Origin: Selaginella moellendorffii | Taxonomy: Eukaryota; Plantae; Lycopodiophyta | Assembly: GCF_000143415.4 (NCBI RefSeq) | Contig: NW_003314269.1 | Coordinates: 1,242,150-1,306,149, forward strand | Length of the DNA: 64,000 nucleotides | Direction of reading: 5' to 3' | In this document: positions 1 through 11,607 of the stretch, one piece after another | Layout of the letters: the number at the start of each line of letters is the position of its first letter | How positions within the stretch are numbered: position 1 is the stretch's first letter | Position numbers and translations under genes: made by a program | Notes under the pieces: generated by a model | The model's database searches: none | What the model was told of the DNA's origin: nothing | What the model saw: the letters and a program-made list of their open reading frames with translations, nothing else

Positions 1-367
1 TCTGGATCCACTTCCCCTGGATCTCGTCAAGCTGGAAGAAGCTCTTGAGATCCACGTTGAGGTGGCGATTGATGCAAAACCGGCAAAACCACCGCCTCCG
101 GCGCTCCCCCTTGGTGTTGGAGTGGCCCGAGCAGTCGGGCGCCGGGCAGATGAAGAGGCCGCCGAATTGCCGGGTGGAGTTCTTCACCTTCCTGGAGATC
201 CAGTCGCGAGGCCAGCCCTCACCGCGCTCCAGCTGCTTGGCCGCCTCGGCTGGAGTGGTGGTGTGGTGGTGCGTGCACCAGTGGCACGCCGCGCGGAGCT
301 CCGTGTTGAGCTTGTTCCACAGGCCGTCGTCAATGAGGAAGGACGGCGCGCGCAGCACCTCCTCCAT
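1..367 (-). CDS. Cys-rich zinc-finger protein, zf-4CXXC_R1 (CDCA7/JMJ-RING)-like; 5' part only, runs off window
   Basis: Manual translation from ATG at 367: MEEVLRAPSFLIDDGLWNKLNTELRAACHWC...FICPAPDC...RRWFCRFCINRHLNVDLKSFFQLDEIQGKWIQ, open to base 1. Absent from the ORF track because there is no stop in the window. CxxC spacing resembles zf-4CXXC_R1. Confidence 0.55.
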   Translation of the reverse strand, partial: MEEVLRAPSFLIDDGLWNKLNTELRAACHWCTHHHTTTPAEAAKQLERGEGWPRDWISRKVKNSTRQFGGLFICPAPDCSGHSNTKGERRRRWFCRFCINRHLNVDLKSFFQLDEIQGKWIQ

Positions 368-728
368 TGGGCCGAGAGAAAATATTTTCTTGTTCTTTGA
401 TTCTTCTTCCCTGATCGATCGATCGGAGAAGAAGAGGGATCTTTGCTGCTGCTACCAGTCGCGAAATTCCGCGCAGAATTCCGTTTGCTGCTGGATTTGC
501 CACGCGAAGACGCTGCTCGTCGCAGTCCAGAGGCTCCCGGAAGGCGGCAATGCCATTCTTCTTGGCGCCGGGAGAGAAGATCTGGAGCGCGCTTACCTAT
601 AATGCGGTCATGGAATCCGCGTCTAGCCGGATTGAAGCGCTGCACTCCAGCCCAGAGAAGAGATCCAAGAACCCTAAAATCCTGGGAACATATTTTAGGG
701 CTCCAGAGTTCTTGGAGAAGAGAATCGC

Positions 729-1397
729 ATGGCGGCCGCGGTGAAGGAGCTCCAGCGGCAGCTGGAATTGCGAGCGTCTGAGCTCAACAAGATTCAGAAA
801 GGTATGGTGATCGCGATCGCGATTGTTGCAGGGATTCCAGCTCTAACAAGACCGATCGGGCGATACAGACATTAGCAAGAATCACCAAGTGAGGAGGCAG
901 TACACGATCCAGCAAGGGGAGAATGAGATGGTGATCAAGGTCCGTGCTTAGGAATCGCATTTCTCTTCTAGAACTTGAAAGTTTCTTCTCGTGAATCATG
1001 CTTGCCAGGAACTAGAGCTTCTCAAAGAGGACGCCAATGTGTTTAAGCTCATTGGACCAGTGCTCGTGAAGCAAGACCTGGTGGAAGCCAAGGCCAACGT
1101 GAACAAGCGCATCGAGTATATCACAGGAGAACTGTCAGTCCAAGCACATCCTCCATAGCTCGGAGCTTTCTTCTCACTTTTTCTTTTCTCTTTTCTTTTC
1201 CTCATAGGAGGAGACTTGACGGATCATTGAAAAGCCTAGAGGATCAACAAGGCTCCAAAAGAGAAGAGGTAGAGCATTGCAAAATCTTTGTTCTTCTCGT
1301 TTTCTTTTCCAATCAAACTCCTTTTTTTTCTCTCGTCTTTCAGGTTCTAAAGTTGCAGCAACGCTTGCAATCGAGTAAAGCTAAAGCCTCAGCGTGA
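729..1397 (+). CDS. PFD6: Prefoldin subunit 6 (5 exons)
   Basis: GT-AG spliced translation MAAAVKELQRQLE...DISKNHQVRRQYTIQQGENEMVIK/ELELLKEDANVFKLIGPVLVKQDLVEAKANVNKRIEYITGEL/.../VLKLQQRLQSSKAKASA*. Confidence 0.93.
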
Positions 1398-1446
1398 GCG
1401 ATTGTCAATGGAAAAAGAGAAAAACTGTTTGGCAAATCGGCACACT

Positions 1447-3679
1447 CTATCCTTTAAGAACCGGAGCACTCAGGTAGACTTTTGTGTTGCTGTATTCGTC
1501 CAGCAACGGATTAAAGCCACTCTTGGTCTTGACTTGGTTCACGTACGCAAAGCGGCTCATGAAGTTGCTGGAACTCATCTGATGGAAATGCAAGAACAGT
1601 TAGAAATCGCATTGACGCAACGTTGTCACTTACGATTGCGCTCCCGCGGTAGACTCCAAATTTGTTGGGAACAATCTTTCCTTCCGATTGCGATATAGCG
1701 CACTCGTTGTCGAGAATGAGAAGCTGATCAAAGTCTGTAGGGAAAAATATGTCCGCTTCTCCCTGTGGTTGAATTCAAGCTCTCCTTAAGAAAAAAAATA
1801 CATTTTTTTCTTTCCAAACCTTTGCATCGAGATATGACGAGTAGTCCGTGGTTACACCATCTTTCTACAAAAACGAAGATCAAAAATCGAAAATTGAAAA
1901 CCATTGACTCCTACTTTGCTTGAAACCAATGGAGCTCCACGTCCAGGAATTTTTACTTCGGGAAGGAAGCTAAAGTCCGACACCACCATCACCATATTGG
2001 GGCGTGCGTAATGAAGAGACTCTAGGAGTTCCTGCCAGAGACGAGAAGCTGATAAGGAGAAACCATCAAGAAAAGGTCATTACCATGCATCCAGTCGGTA
2101 TCCACCACTTTTCAGGCGATGGAAGAACCCTGGAGAAAATCGACTTCACTGACTTAGTTAGCTTGCGAACGACGTCGACGCTATCGCCATCCCGTTCCTT
2201 GCCAAGAATCTCAAGGCAGCGAGAAACCAGCGAGTCTTCTACGGGTCTGTGATGCTCGACAAATCTCGATCTAGAGGAAATGCTGATCAGCGAAGAAAGG
2301 AAGAAAGGATAATGACTTACTCGCTAGAATCATACTGGACGTAAGTTTCCATCCAAGGTGATTTGGAGCTCTCCCTGAACAGGAGATCATGAGGCATGTT
2401 GTCTAAAACCTGTACAGGAGAACTCTGGGTTTAACCATGAAAACACGAGTAGCAAACTGAAGCAGACAACCGGGATTTCGAGAATAAGATTTGTAAGCAA
2501 GAAAGAGAGGGTCATACTGGCAAAGATGCTCCACCTCAAGCATGACGACGTAACAAGGCGACTCGTCCTGCTCACCTGTAAAAAAGATATTAAAAAGCAA
2601 GTAAAAACGAAAGCATTCCAGACCCCATCCAGATTTATCGCGTGCGTTGCGGCATTCCACCGAGAACTTGTCACCGTGCTCCTCCTCTTCGCATAAACGA
2701 TGACGCTGTTTGTTCGCCAGGCCCTCGCTGACATCTACGGAACTATCTAAATCCATGGAAATCAGCACAGTAACTTGCAAAGGTCACTGCCGCAACACTT
2801 ACGTGTAATGCATCGTCTTGTAGACGTCGCCTTGCCTCTCCCTGATGTAGCCCAGGACGTTGCTCGCGCAAGTGCCTGTTCCACCTCCAATCTCGTAAAT
2901 CTACAAAATAAGCTTGTCAGATATCTCGCGCTTTTTCTCTTTTCCAGCTTTCCTACTTTCAGGGGAAATTGCGGATTCATGGTTTGGAGAATGTACTCCG
3001 CGACAGCAAATCCATACCACGGCTGTAGAGAAAAAGAATCAAAGGAAACGATGAGAAAGGTCATGCAGATACTTCGATTGTTTTACCTGGAAGAGTTCCA
3101 CTGGAGTAAACCACGACATATCATTCTGCTTGTAGAGCTCGGCTATATGCTTCCTGTACGCGAAACGTCCTGGAGAAAAGGATAGAAATTAGTCACGAAA
3201 GATTTTCCTAGAGAAAGAAGAACTCGAGAAAAAAAAAACACCACCGCTTATCCCACTGAAGTCAAGAGGCTCACGCATAGATCCAACAACATCCGGCCTG
3301 GACGAGAAGTATCCAAACTTGGGATGATACAAGGCCTGCCTGATGTAATCGCGAACCTGGAAGACGAGACAGCATTTTTAAAATCGATCGTCGAGAAGCA
3401 AAACGAAAGAAGAAATGCTCCTCATGAAACAAGAAAGAAACGGAAGATCTTACGAGGAGAGGTTTATCTCCAATAGCTTCCTCGAATGTCTGTGGCACTG
3501 GCACATCTTCGGCGACCTGTGACGCAGCCGATGAGAAATTCCCTGCCAAAGAGAGAAGCGATGATGAGAAAAAGAAGAATTTGCGATTCCAGCTCAAGAG
3601 AAATGCACTTACCGCGCGTGCAAGGAGCTGGCCAGATCGGCGCCTTCGCCGAGCGCCATCGCCTCGCCAGCGCAAGCAT
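1447..3679 (-). CDS. NDUFAF7/MidA-family SAM-dependent methyltransferase, probably mitochondrial (multi-exon)
   Basis: Exons VRDYIRQALYHPKFGYFSS, WFTPVELFQ/PWYGFAVAEYI, IYEIGGGTGTCA (SAM motif), KTKSGFNPLLDEYSNTKVYL; Arg-rich N-terminus MLALARRWRS. Confidence 0.85.
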
Positions 3680-3783
3680 ATTCCTTTAGGGCTTATGCTT
3701 TAGCAAAAGGGCAAAACATTTCTCCCCCCATTTCTAGGGTTTCTTAATTCTAGGGATCCTCGGCAAGAGCGCGATCTTGCACC
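3680..3783. promoter_or_regulatory. 104-bp divergent promoter shared by the methyltransferase and SLU7, with a telo-box-like motif
   Basis: Start codons at 3679(-) and 3784(+); CTAGGGTTT at 3734-3742. Confidence 0.55.
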
Positions 3784-5403
3784 ATGGCGACCGCGTCCGT
3801 GGCCTTCAAATCCCGCGAGGATCACCGCAAGCAGATGGAGCTGGAGGAGGCGCGCAAGGCAGGGCTAGCGCCGGCAGAGGTAGACGAAGATGGGAAGGAG
3901 ATCAATCCCCACATCCCGCAGTACATGTCCTCGGCGCCGTGGTACCTCAACGCGGAGCGCCCCAGTCTCAAGCATCAGCGTAAGTGGAAATCCGACCCTA
4001 ACTACACCAAGGCCTGGTACGAGCGGGGAGCAAAGGTCTTCCAGGCCACCAAATTTCGAAAGGGGGCTTGCCAGAACTGCGGTGCGATAACGCACGATGT
4101 CAAGAGCTGCATGGACAGGCCCCGGAAGATCCAGGCAAAGTGGTCCAACTTACACATTGCCCCGGACGAGAAAGTGGAGTCTTTCGAGCTGGACTACGAT
4201 GGGAAGAGGGATCGCTGGAACGGCTACGACCCGCAGACGTTCTCGATGGTGATAAACTACTGGGAGCAGAAGGACGAGGCGCGCAACAAGTACCAGAAGG
4301 AGCAGCAGCTCAAGAAGCTGGAGCAGAAGCAAAACAATCCGGATGAGAAAGAGAAAGTTGGCGACAGCGACGAGTCGGACAGCGACGAGGAGGCGGAGGT
4401 GGACGAGGCCAAGGTGGACGAGAGCAAGCAGATGGACTTCGCAAAGGTGGAGAAGCGAGTGCGCACCACCGGAGGAGGCAGCACTGGAACTGTGAGAAAC
4501 CTGCGTATCAGGGAGGACGTTGCCAAGTATCTCCTCAACTTGGACGTGAACTCGGCCTACTACGATCCCAAGACGCGGTCGATGCGAGAGGACCCCCTCC
4601 CGGACAGCGATCCAAACGAGAAGTTCTACATGGGCGACAACCAGAACCGGGCCAGCGGCCAGGCGCAGGACTTCAAGCAGCTCAACATCCACGCGTGGGA
4701 GGCTTACGAGAAGGGGCAGGACATCCATCTCCAGGCGGCTCCATCGCAGGCGGAGCTGCTCCACCGGGACTTCAAAGTCAAGAAGGAGAAGCTCAAGGGG
4801 CAGCTCAAGGAGGACATAATGGAGAAGTATGGGAATGCCGCGGCCACGGACAAGCTCCCGGCGGAGCTCCTGCTCGGGCAGACGGAGAGACAGGTGGAGT
4901 ACGATCGAGCGGGGCGGATGATCAAGGGGCAGGAGAAGGCTGTCCCGAAGAGCAAGTACGAGGAGGACGTGTTCATAAACAACCACACCACGGTGTGGGG
5001 GTCCTTCTGGAGGGATCACCAGTGGGGATACAAGTGCTGCCGGCAGTTCATCAGGAACAGCTACTGCACCGGCCAGGCGGGGATCGACGCGGCGGAGGCG
5101 TCGGCGGAGCTGATGCGAGCGAATATGGAGATGAAGGAGGCCGTCCAGGAGAAAGCTCCCGTGATTGAGGAGAAGAACTTGGCGAGCTGGGGGGGAGACG
5201 TCGCGGAGGACGTTGTGCTTGACAGGAAGAAGCTCAAGGAGGCGCTCAAGAGGGAGGACGAGCGGCTGCGCGAGGAGAAGGACGAGCGCAAGAGGAAGTA
5301 TAATGTGACTTACAGCGACGAGGTGACGGCCGAGGATATGGAGGCGTACAAGATGAAGAAGGTCCACTTTGATGATCCCATGAGGGATTTCTTGGGCAAA
5401 TAG
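3784..5403 (+). CDS. SLU7: Pre-mRNA splicing factor SLU7 (intronless, 539 aa)
   Basis: INPHIPQYMSSAPWY, zinc knuckle CQNCGAITHDVKSC, YDGKRDRWNGYD, VRNLRIREDVAKYL, HTTVWGSFW. Confidence 0.97.
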   Translation: MATASVAFKSREDHRKQMELEEARKAGLAPAEVDEDGKEINPHIPQYMSSAPWYLNAERPSLKHQRKWKSDPNYTKAWYERGAKVFQATKFRKGACQNCGAITHDVKSCMDRPRKIQAKWSNLHIAPDEKVESFELDYDGKRDRWNGYDPQTFSMVINYWEQKDEARNKYQKEQQLKKLEQKQNNPDEKEKVGDSDESDSDEEAEVDEAKVDESKQMDFAKVEKRVRTTGGGSTGTVRNLRIREDVAKYLLNLDVNSAYYDPKTRSMREDPLPDSDPNEKFYMGDNQNRASGQAQDFKQLNIHAWEAYEKGQDIHLQAAPSQAELLHRDFKVKKEKLKGQLKEDIMEKYGNAAATDKLPAELLLGQTERQVEYDRAGRMIKGQEKAVPKSKYEEDVFINNHTTVWGSFWRDHQWGYKCCRQFIRNSYCTGQAGIDAAEASAELMRANMEMKEAVQEKAPVIEEKNLASWGGDVAEDVVLDRKKLKEALKREDERLREEKDERKRKYNVTYSDEVTAEDMEAYKMKKVHFDDPMRDFLGK

Positions 5404-5659
5404 AAATTAAAACTGTAGATAAGCTTGCAGTCATAAAACTATAATCTTTGTATTTTAATTGTGATGCAAGAGATGGTCAGAAGTGGTTGTGCAAGAGTTA
5501 ATTCTGATGTTAATTGATGTTTTCATCCAGAAAAGAGTTATAAATATAAACATAAATATAGAAATAAAACCATCTTGTTACTCTTAACATTAAAAATATC
5601 AAATAGTATTGTTATATAAACAGGAAACCAATTTTGTAAAATGCATTCAGATTAGTAGA

Positions 5660-6958
5660 ATGGTGAAGCTTGTTGCAATCGCTTTTGCTGCTTTTTGTTT
5701 AGGTTTTGTTTCATGTGTTGTTGAGGGAAACCATCAGGCATTCAAAAGCAAACAATATGAAGGAAGACATCAATCATTGTTAAATGCTGATGCAAATTCA
5801 GTTGTGCTTCATGTTTATTCAGTGGATGATCCAAATGCTCATCCAAGAGCTGGTGATATTAATTTTAATACTGTTAGTGCTGCAATTGATTGGATTGCAT
5901 ATAATTCGTCACAACGATATTTGATTTTGATTGGACCAGGAATTTATAGGTAATTTTATTATTTATATAGTTGATTTCTTATAATTCTATATATGAAAAT
6001 AAAAATGCAGAGAGAAAATTACTATACCAAAATTTAAAGATTTTATCCATTTGGCGGGTGTAACACAAAATATATTTGATACGGTGATAGTTTATAATGC
6101 AAACCATGGTTCGGCTAATGGTACTGGTAAAAGTGCAACTTTTGATGTTCTTTCAAATTATTTTATTGCTGAATATATCACTTTTCAGGTAAAATTTTAT
6201 TATTATAGTTTTATAACTATTACAAATATAACAATTTTTAAATTTTTTTTTTAGAATGATGCACCATTCGCAAATCCAGGAGATATAAATAAGCAAGCAG
6301 TTGCTTTGAAATTATCTGGTGATTTTGCAAGGATTTCTAACTGCTTTATTCTCTCTAGTCAGGATACTCTTTTCGATGACGAGGGTAGGCATTTTTTTCA
6401 GAACACATATATAGAGGGAAACATAGACTACATCTTTGGTTCTGGAAGGTCACTTTACGAGGTAAACAATTTATTTTTTTTAAAATTTCTCATTCTGTTT
6501 CCTTGCACTATAGAAATGTAATCTCATCTCAAATTCCAACGCTACAACGAGTGGCTCTTTGACAGCACAAGGAAGATCCTCTACCACTGATTTCCCTTCT
6601 GGATACTCCTTCCACAATTGCTATATTGGAGGGACAGGAAAGGTCATACTAGGCCGACCTTGGGGAAATGAAGCATTCGTGGTTTTTATCAATTGTTATA
6701 TGGAGAGTGTGGTGGATCCCATTGGCTGGGCTCACTGGAACGATGTCCATGGCTCATCTAATAGGTAAAACGTCACCAAGCAATCATGTTTATTATTTAC
6801 TTTCGTTTTCTTCCAGCACTGCTTTCTTTGCCGAGTATCAAAATTATGGTCCAGGTTCTTCTACTTCAAAACGTGTAAATTGGACTACAACTATTACGGA
6901 GGACGACGCTAAAGCATTCAGTTCTCTAAGCTTTATAGATGGCCAGATGTGGCTCTGA
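5660..6958 (+). CDS. Pectin methylesterase without PRO/PMEI domain (5 exons)
   Basis: Signal peptide MVKLVAIAFAAFCLGF; motifs GIYRE, QAVAL, SQDTL, GNIDYIFG, LGRPW, FFAEYQNYGPGS. Confidence 0.92.
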
Positions 6959-7278
6959 TATAATCTAATATTTTGTTTCTACTTTTAAATTCATGCAAAT
7001 CTCGTCACCTTTAAATCATGACGTGGGCTACAATTCGGTAAGCCTGTAGCGATCTGGAACAAGGCCACAACCTGAAAAAGCCTCCACCATGGTTTTCATT
7101 TTCAAGCCCATATATTACAAGTCATTAGATCACTAGCAGTCAAACAAAAATCTAAAAAAGCCGCTCTAGAAAAGCCACTAGTGCTTTGTCTTTATGCTCT
7201 CCCTCTAGATATTTAGATCATATACTTTGCTAGATCCCAGTGATGCATCTACATCTCTTGGCGATGTTGCAAGACCTG

Positions 7279-9506
7279 TTACTTGACAATGCTCTGCTTT
7301 AAGCCATTCTTGGCTCGGCCATGAAGCTCCTGGTGTGTCTTCACCAAAACTTTTGCCGAGGAGCTCGCACTTCCAAACAGCTCCGGCAAGCAACTCTCGG
7401 TACTGCCCAGCGTGAACGAAGCTCTCGATGAGTTGAGCTCTGCGAGTTTCTTCTTCTCTTGATCCACTTGCTGCCGGAAAAGCTCCAAGGAAGCTCGTTT
7501 CTCAGCAAGATTGCCTGGCGCATCCTTTCTACCACCAAGAGCTTTCTTCTCCAAGTTTTTTACGCCTGCCACCTTCTTGTCCAGATCCTTCACCAGACCA
7601 GATACTCGCTTCTGGGCCTTGATTTGTTCCATCTGATACCACTCTATCTTGCTTGCTGCCACTGTTAACTTTCGTATCACTTGGCCGGAACGCTCCTTAG
7701 ACAGGTCGTTCAAGGACTTCTCCCATTCCTGGCACAAGAAGTAGATCTCTGGGATGGCCAAGTGCATTACCCGTGATTTCTTGCGTGACAGACTGTGGAG
7801 CTTGTTGAGTTTGGAGATGCTTGCCTTGAGCCACTGCATTATGCTGCTTATGTACTCCTTCTCCTTGGTGATCAACTCGTTGAGCGAGAAACTCCAAGAC
7901 AGGAGCGCCAGCTGAAGCTTTTGTGCCGTCTTCCTCTGGCCGGGATTGATCTCCTTTGCTGCTGCTCCTCGAGGCAGCCTCAAATCAAGAACGGCGGCTC
8001 TCTGGCGTTCATGGCAGTCTTGGATGCTTTTCCACATATCGGCAAGCCTGTACGCGCAAGAGAAAGAAGTTTAAACTCGATACCAGGTTAGCTGAAAGCT
8101 TACCCTTGGACGAGCTCGAGAAGCTGGTAATGGAGTTCTTCATTGGTGATCTTCTGGACGGCTGCGGCGGTTGCTTCCATAGCTTGGACTGCCACGGACA
8201 TCTGGTTTTCGATGGCTTTGACGTCGGCTCTGGTTCTATCAACAGTCTCATCGTGAACTCTGTTGACATCGTATTTGCACAGCAGCTTGCGCTTCTTGTT
8301 GAAATCGGCATCGATTGAGTTGAGCGCCTGCGTTACCGTGATCACAAGTTAGTAGAATTCTCTCGTCAAACCAGGAGACGACAAACTAAGAACTGTTGAT
8401 CGTGGCTACAGGTGAAAACCGACAGCAAAAAAGTAGAAATGAAAAAAGAAAACAATTCACTAACTAGTGCGTTCTATAACGAAAGACATAAACTATGCCT
8501 CGAGATCTATGAAGCCAACTCTAAAGAAAACTTGCGAAAGATCCATACCTTGACTTCCTCGTAAAGTTTGAGCTCCCAGGCCGACAATCGCTCGAGAGTG
8601 AGCGCCTGACTCCATCCATAGTTGCAATCGGTGACTTGATGGTCTCCATTCTTCCATGTCAATGCTAGACCTAGCTCTGCGATGCAATCCAAGCAAAGAA
8701 ACAAAGAGATTTCGAGCTCTTAGATCACTTCCACAGCTGGGATCGAAAAGAAATGCGGGCGCCATACCTCTGCCGGACTGGAGGATCCCTGCCACAGCGG
8801 CTCCGCTCTGCGAAGCCCTAAGAAATTCTTGGTAAACATACCGGAAGATCTTCTCTATTTCGTGGAGAGGAAGCTCCGCGGGGACGATCGCCAGCCGTCG
8901 ATCGCCGGGTCCATCGGACGATAGAGACGCCACTGAAGCGTTTGAATCTCTTCTCTCTCGCGTGGCCGGCGATGGATTGCTGCAATGGTGCTCGATCTCC
9001 CGGATCTTCACGTCGTCACCCTCCATCTCGATCACGGTGTCCTCCTCGTCGTCGCCGCCGTGGATCTCCTTGCTCGACGAGCAGGCCGCGATCGATTGCT
9101 CCACCTGCTGGAAGAAATCGAAGTCCCAGTAGCGAGATGGCAAGCCCGGAGGCGGTGGAGGCGGCTTGATTCCAGCGAGGAACTCGTCCTCGAGAACTAC
9201 CCTCTGGGATGCTGTGGGTGTGTACTCGATCGCAAAGCTAGATCTAGCTGGAGCTGGCGCTGCGCGAAACCCATCGGTGATCCCGAGCTCTCCCGTGAGG
9301 AAATCTTGGAGAGCGCAGCCGGTTCGCGCGAGAGATTGGAGGAACTCGGCGTGAGATTTGGCGAATGCTCGCCCCGCCTGTGATGCCTGGCGAAGAAGCT
9401 CCTTCCTCTGCTTGCATTGCGACACTGCCGCGGAGTAATTGCAGAGATCCTCCTCGTCCCGCGGCTCTTCTCCAAGATCTTCCGCCTTAGAACAGGGGCA
9501 TCCCAT
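7279..9506 (-). CDS. DUF630/DUF632 protein (NRG2/REL2/APSR1 family), multi-exon
   Basis: MGCPCSK...AVSQCKQRKELLRQA (DUF630); PPPPP..YWDFDFF; TLERLSAWELKLYEEVK; EELHYQLLELVQG; MWKSIQDCHERQ (DUF632). Confidence 0.9.
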
Positions 9507-10018
9507 TATCCCTCTCTCCTCCTCGATCACCCGATCGATCAATCACCACCCTCGAGAAAACCGCTCGCGATCGCGCGAATTGGGAGCAATGCTACATCAA
9601 TGCTGGCTAGAATCGCAACACAAGCGCACAGAATTCTCGCATAGAAACTGCTAGAAGATCTAGATCTGCGAGACAACAAGTTGTTTTTCTTTAGTGTTGT
9701 GTGTGGTCTCTTCTCCTAGAGGCGCAATGATTTCTCTATGTGGCGGCCATGGCCCCTTAAAAATACCACGCCACAGAAAAAAGAATATCCCCCACCACGA
9801 GTCTACCCAAGCAAGCAAGCCATCGGAGGAAATATAATAAAGCAATGGTGGCGAAGCAATGAATTATTCCCATAGACCGACATTGTGGAGTAGTGCCGGA
9901 TTCGAAGACCTCGCCAAAGATTTGACAGTGATATTTGTGCTAAACGAACAGCGATTAGTCGTAAATTAAAGCGCGACAAAAAACTAGTGGGGGGAAGCTT
10001 TACAGCTTTTTGCAATCA

Positions 10019-10275
10019 AACGTGGGCGCTCATGGTTCGATACCCTTTACACCTTCTTGATTTGAAACCTCGAATATCCCGAAGTATAAACCAAAAGCAT
10101 GCCAGCTGTTTCTCTATTTCGGGTATGCCGACGTGGAGGAATCCTAGCTGGCTGGGGGACAACCAGGGCTCAATGAGGCGCGGCCGCGTGGCAGCACTGA
10201 TTAGTATGACACGTGGCAAAGATTTACTCGACGTGGCTATCAGCAAAGCCGTGCTTGGAAGGATAAGTATATATC
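10019..10275 (+). promoter_or_regulatory. PEX11 promoter with ABRE/G-box, DRE and CE3-like cluster and TATA
   Basis: ACGTGG at ~10020, 10131, 10211, 10231; GCCGAC 10127; CCGCGTGGC ~10184; TATATA ~10269. Confidence 0.5.
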
Positions 10276-10492
10276 ATAGGTTTTTACTTTAGTCTCGGCC
10301 CTGCATTTTTTCGGTGGCGAGCAAGAGCGCGGGCGGAGGGAGGGCGCTGCGTCGCGGCTAGGGCTCGATCGATCGGCGCGGAGCATCAGGTGATATTTTT
10401 CGCGAGAGGTTGCTGCTCGGCGCCGAGAAATGCCCCCATCTTTTGGAAATTTCTTGATCTTACTCTGGCGCTCTGCGTGTCTTGTAGATTAG

Positions 10493-11607
10493 ATGGGGTC
10501 TCTAGATGTTGCGAGGGCGGAGGTGGCCTTCTTGGTCATGTACCTCAACAAGGCTGAGAGCAGGGATAAAATTTGCCGAGCGATCCAGTATGGAGCAAAA
10601 TTTCTCAGCAATGGTGAGCCAGGTCCGGCGTCTCAAGTCGACAAGTCAACTAGCTTGGCAAGGAAAGTGTTTCGCCTCCTCAAGGTATGCTTCTTTTTTC
10701 TTTCTTAGAAGAACTATTCTCTTCTACGATGGCTTGGCAAAGGTAGTGATGGATTTTTGTTTGCGCAGTACTTGAACGAGCTGCATGGTCTCATTGCTCC
10801 AGCTCCCAAATCGACGCCTCTCCCAATTGTTCTCCTTGGGAAGGTTTGGTTTTTTCTCTCAAGAAAAGTTCCTGCCGTAGAATTTTGTGTGCTCACCGAT
10901 TTAGAATGCAGGCTAAAAACGCTTTGGTTGGAACGTTTTTGTTCTTGGATCAACTCGTCTGGGCTGGACGAACCGGCATCTATCAGGTTGGTCTTTTTTT
11001 TCGTTTGAGTGGACTAACGTAAGCTGCCTTATAGAACAAGGAGCGCCTGGAGCTCATCTCAAGGATATCGTTGTACTGCTGGATGACTGGATCGTTTTGC
11101 ACCTCATTGGCTGAGGTAAGCTTGGAATTCGTGAAGGAAGATATCGTGCTTACTCACATCCTTAACCCAGGTGTCTGAGCTCGGCCGCCTTGCGGCTTCC
11201 AGGAGAAAGCTTGAGAGGGAGATTCGGCGATTAAAACAGCAAGGCAACCCGGAGAACGCGCAGCTGGTTTGCATCACTTTACACTCGTAGGATGCCATTC
11301 TAACGCTCCATTTGCTGGTGACAGAAAGAACAAAAACTCGTCTCTGTGAAACAATCTCACGAGAGAACCTTGAGCCTTGTCAAGGCTTCTCTGGATATAG
11401 TTGTCGCGGTTGGACTTCTTCAGCTTGCTCCAAAAACCGTGACGCCTCGTGTGACTGGAGCTCTGGGTTTTATCACCTCATTGATTTCCTGCTACCAGGT
11501 CCGATTCACGTCGAAACGTTTTTCACTTTGGCTGATTTTCTTACTTTGAGTTGATTTGTTTGCAGTTGCTTCCGCCTCCACCGGCCTCGAAGCCCAAGAG
11601 TTCGTGA
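10493..11607 (+). CDS. PEX11: Peroxin 11 (PEX11c/d/e type), multi-exon, with a 5'UTR intron ~10390-10488
   Basis: LVMYLNKAESRDKICRAIQYGAKF, DKSTSLARKVFRL, VTPRVTGALGFITSLISCYQ; C-terminal KPKSS fits the KXKXX dilysine motif. Confidence 0.95.

Noticed and set aside
4150-5367. 405-aa antisense ORF
   Set aside because: Shadow of GC-rich SLU7; the same applies to antisense ORFs over the PPR and tubulin genes
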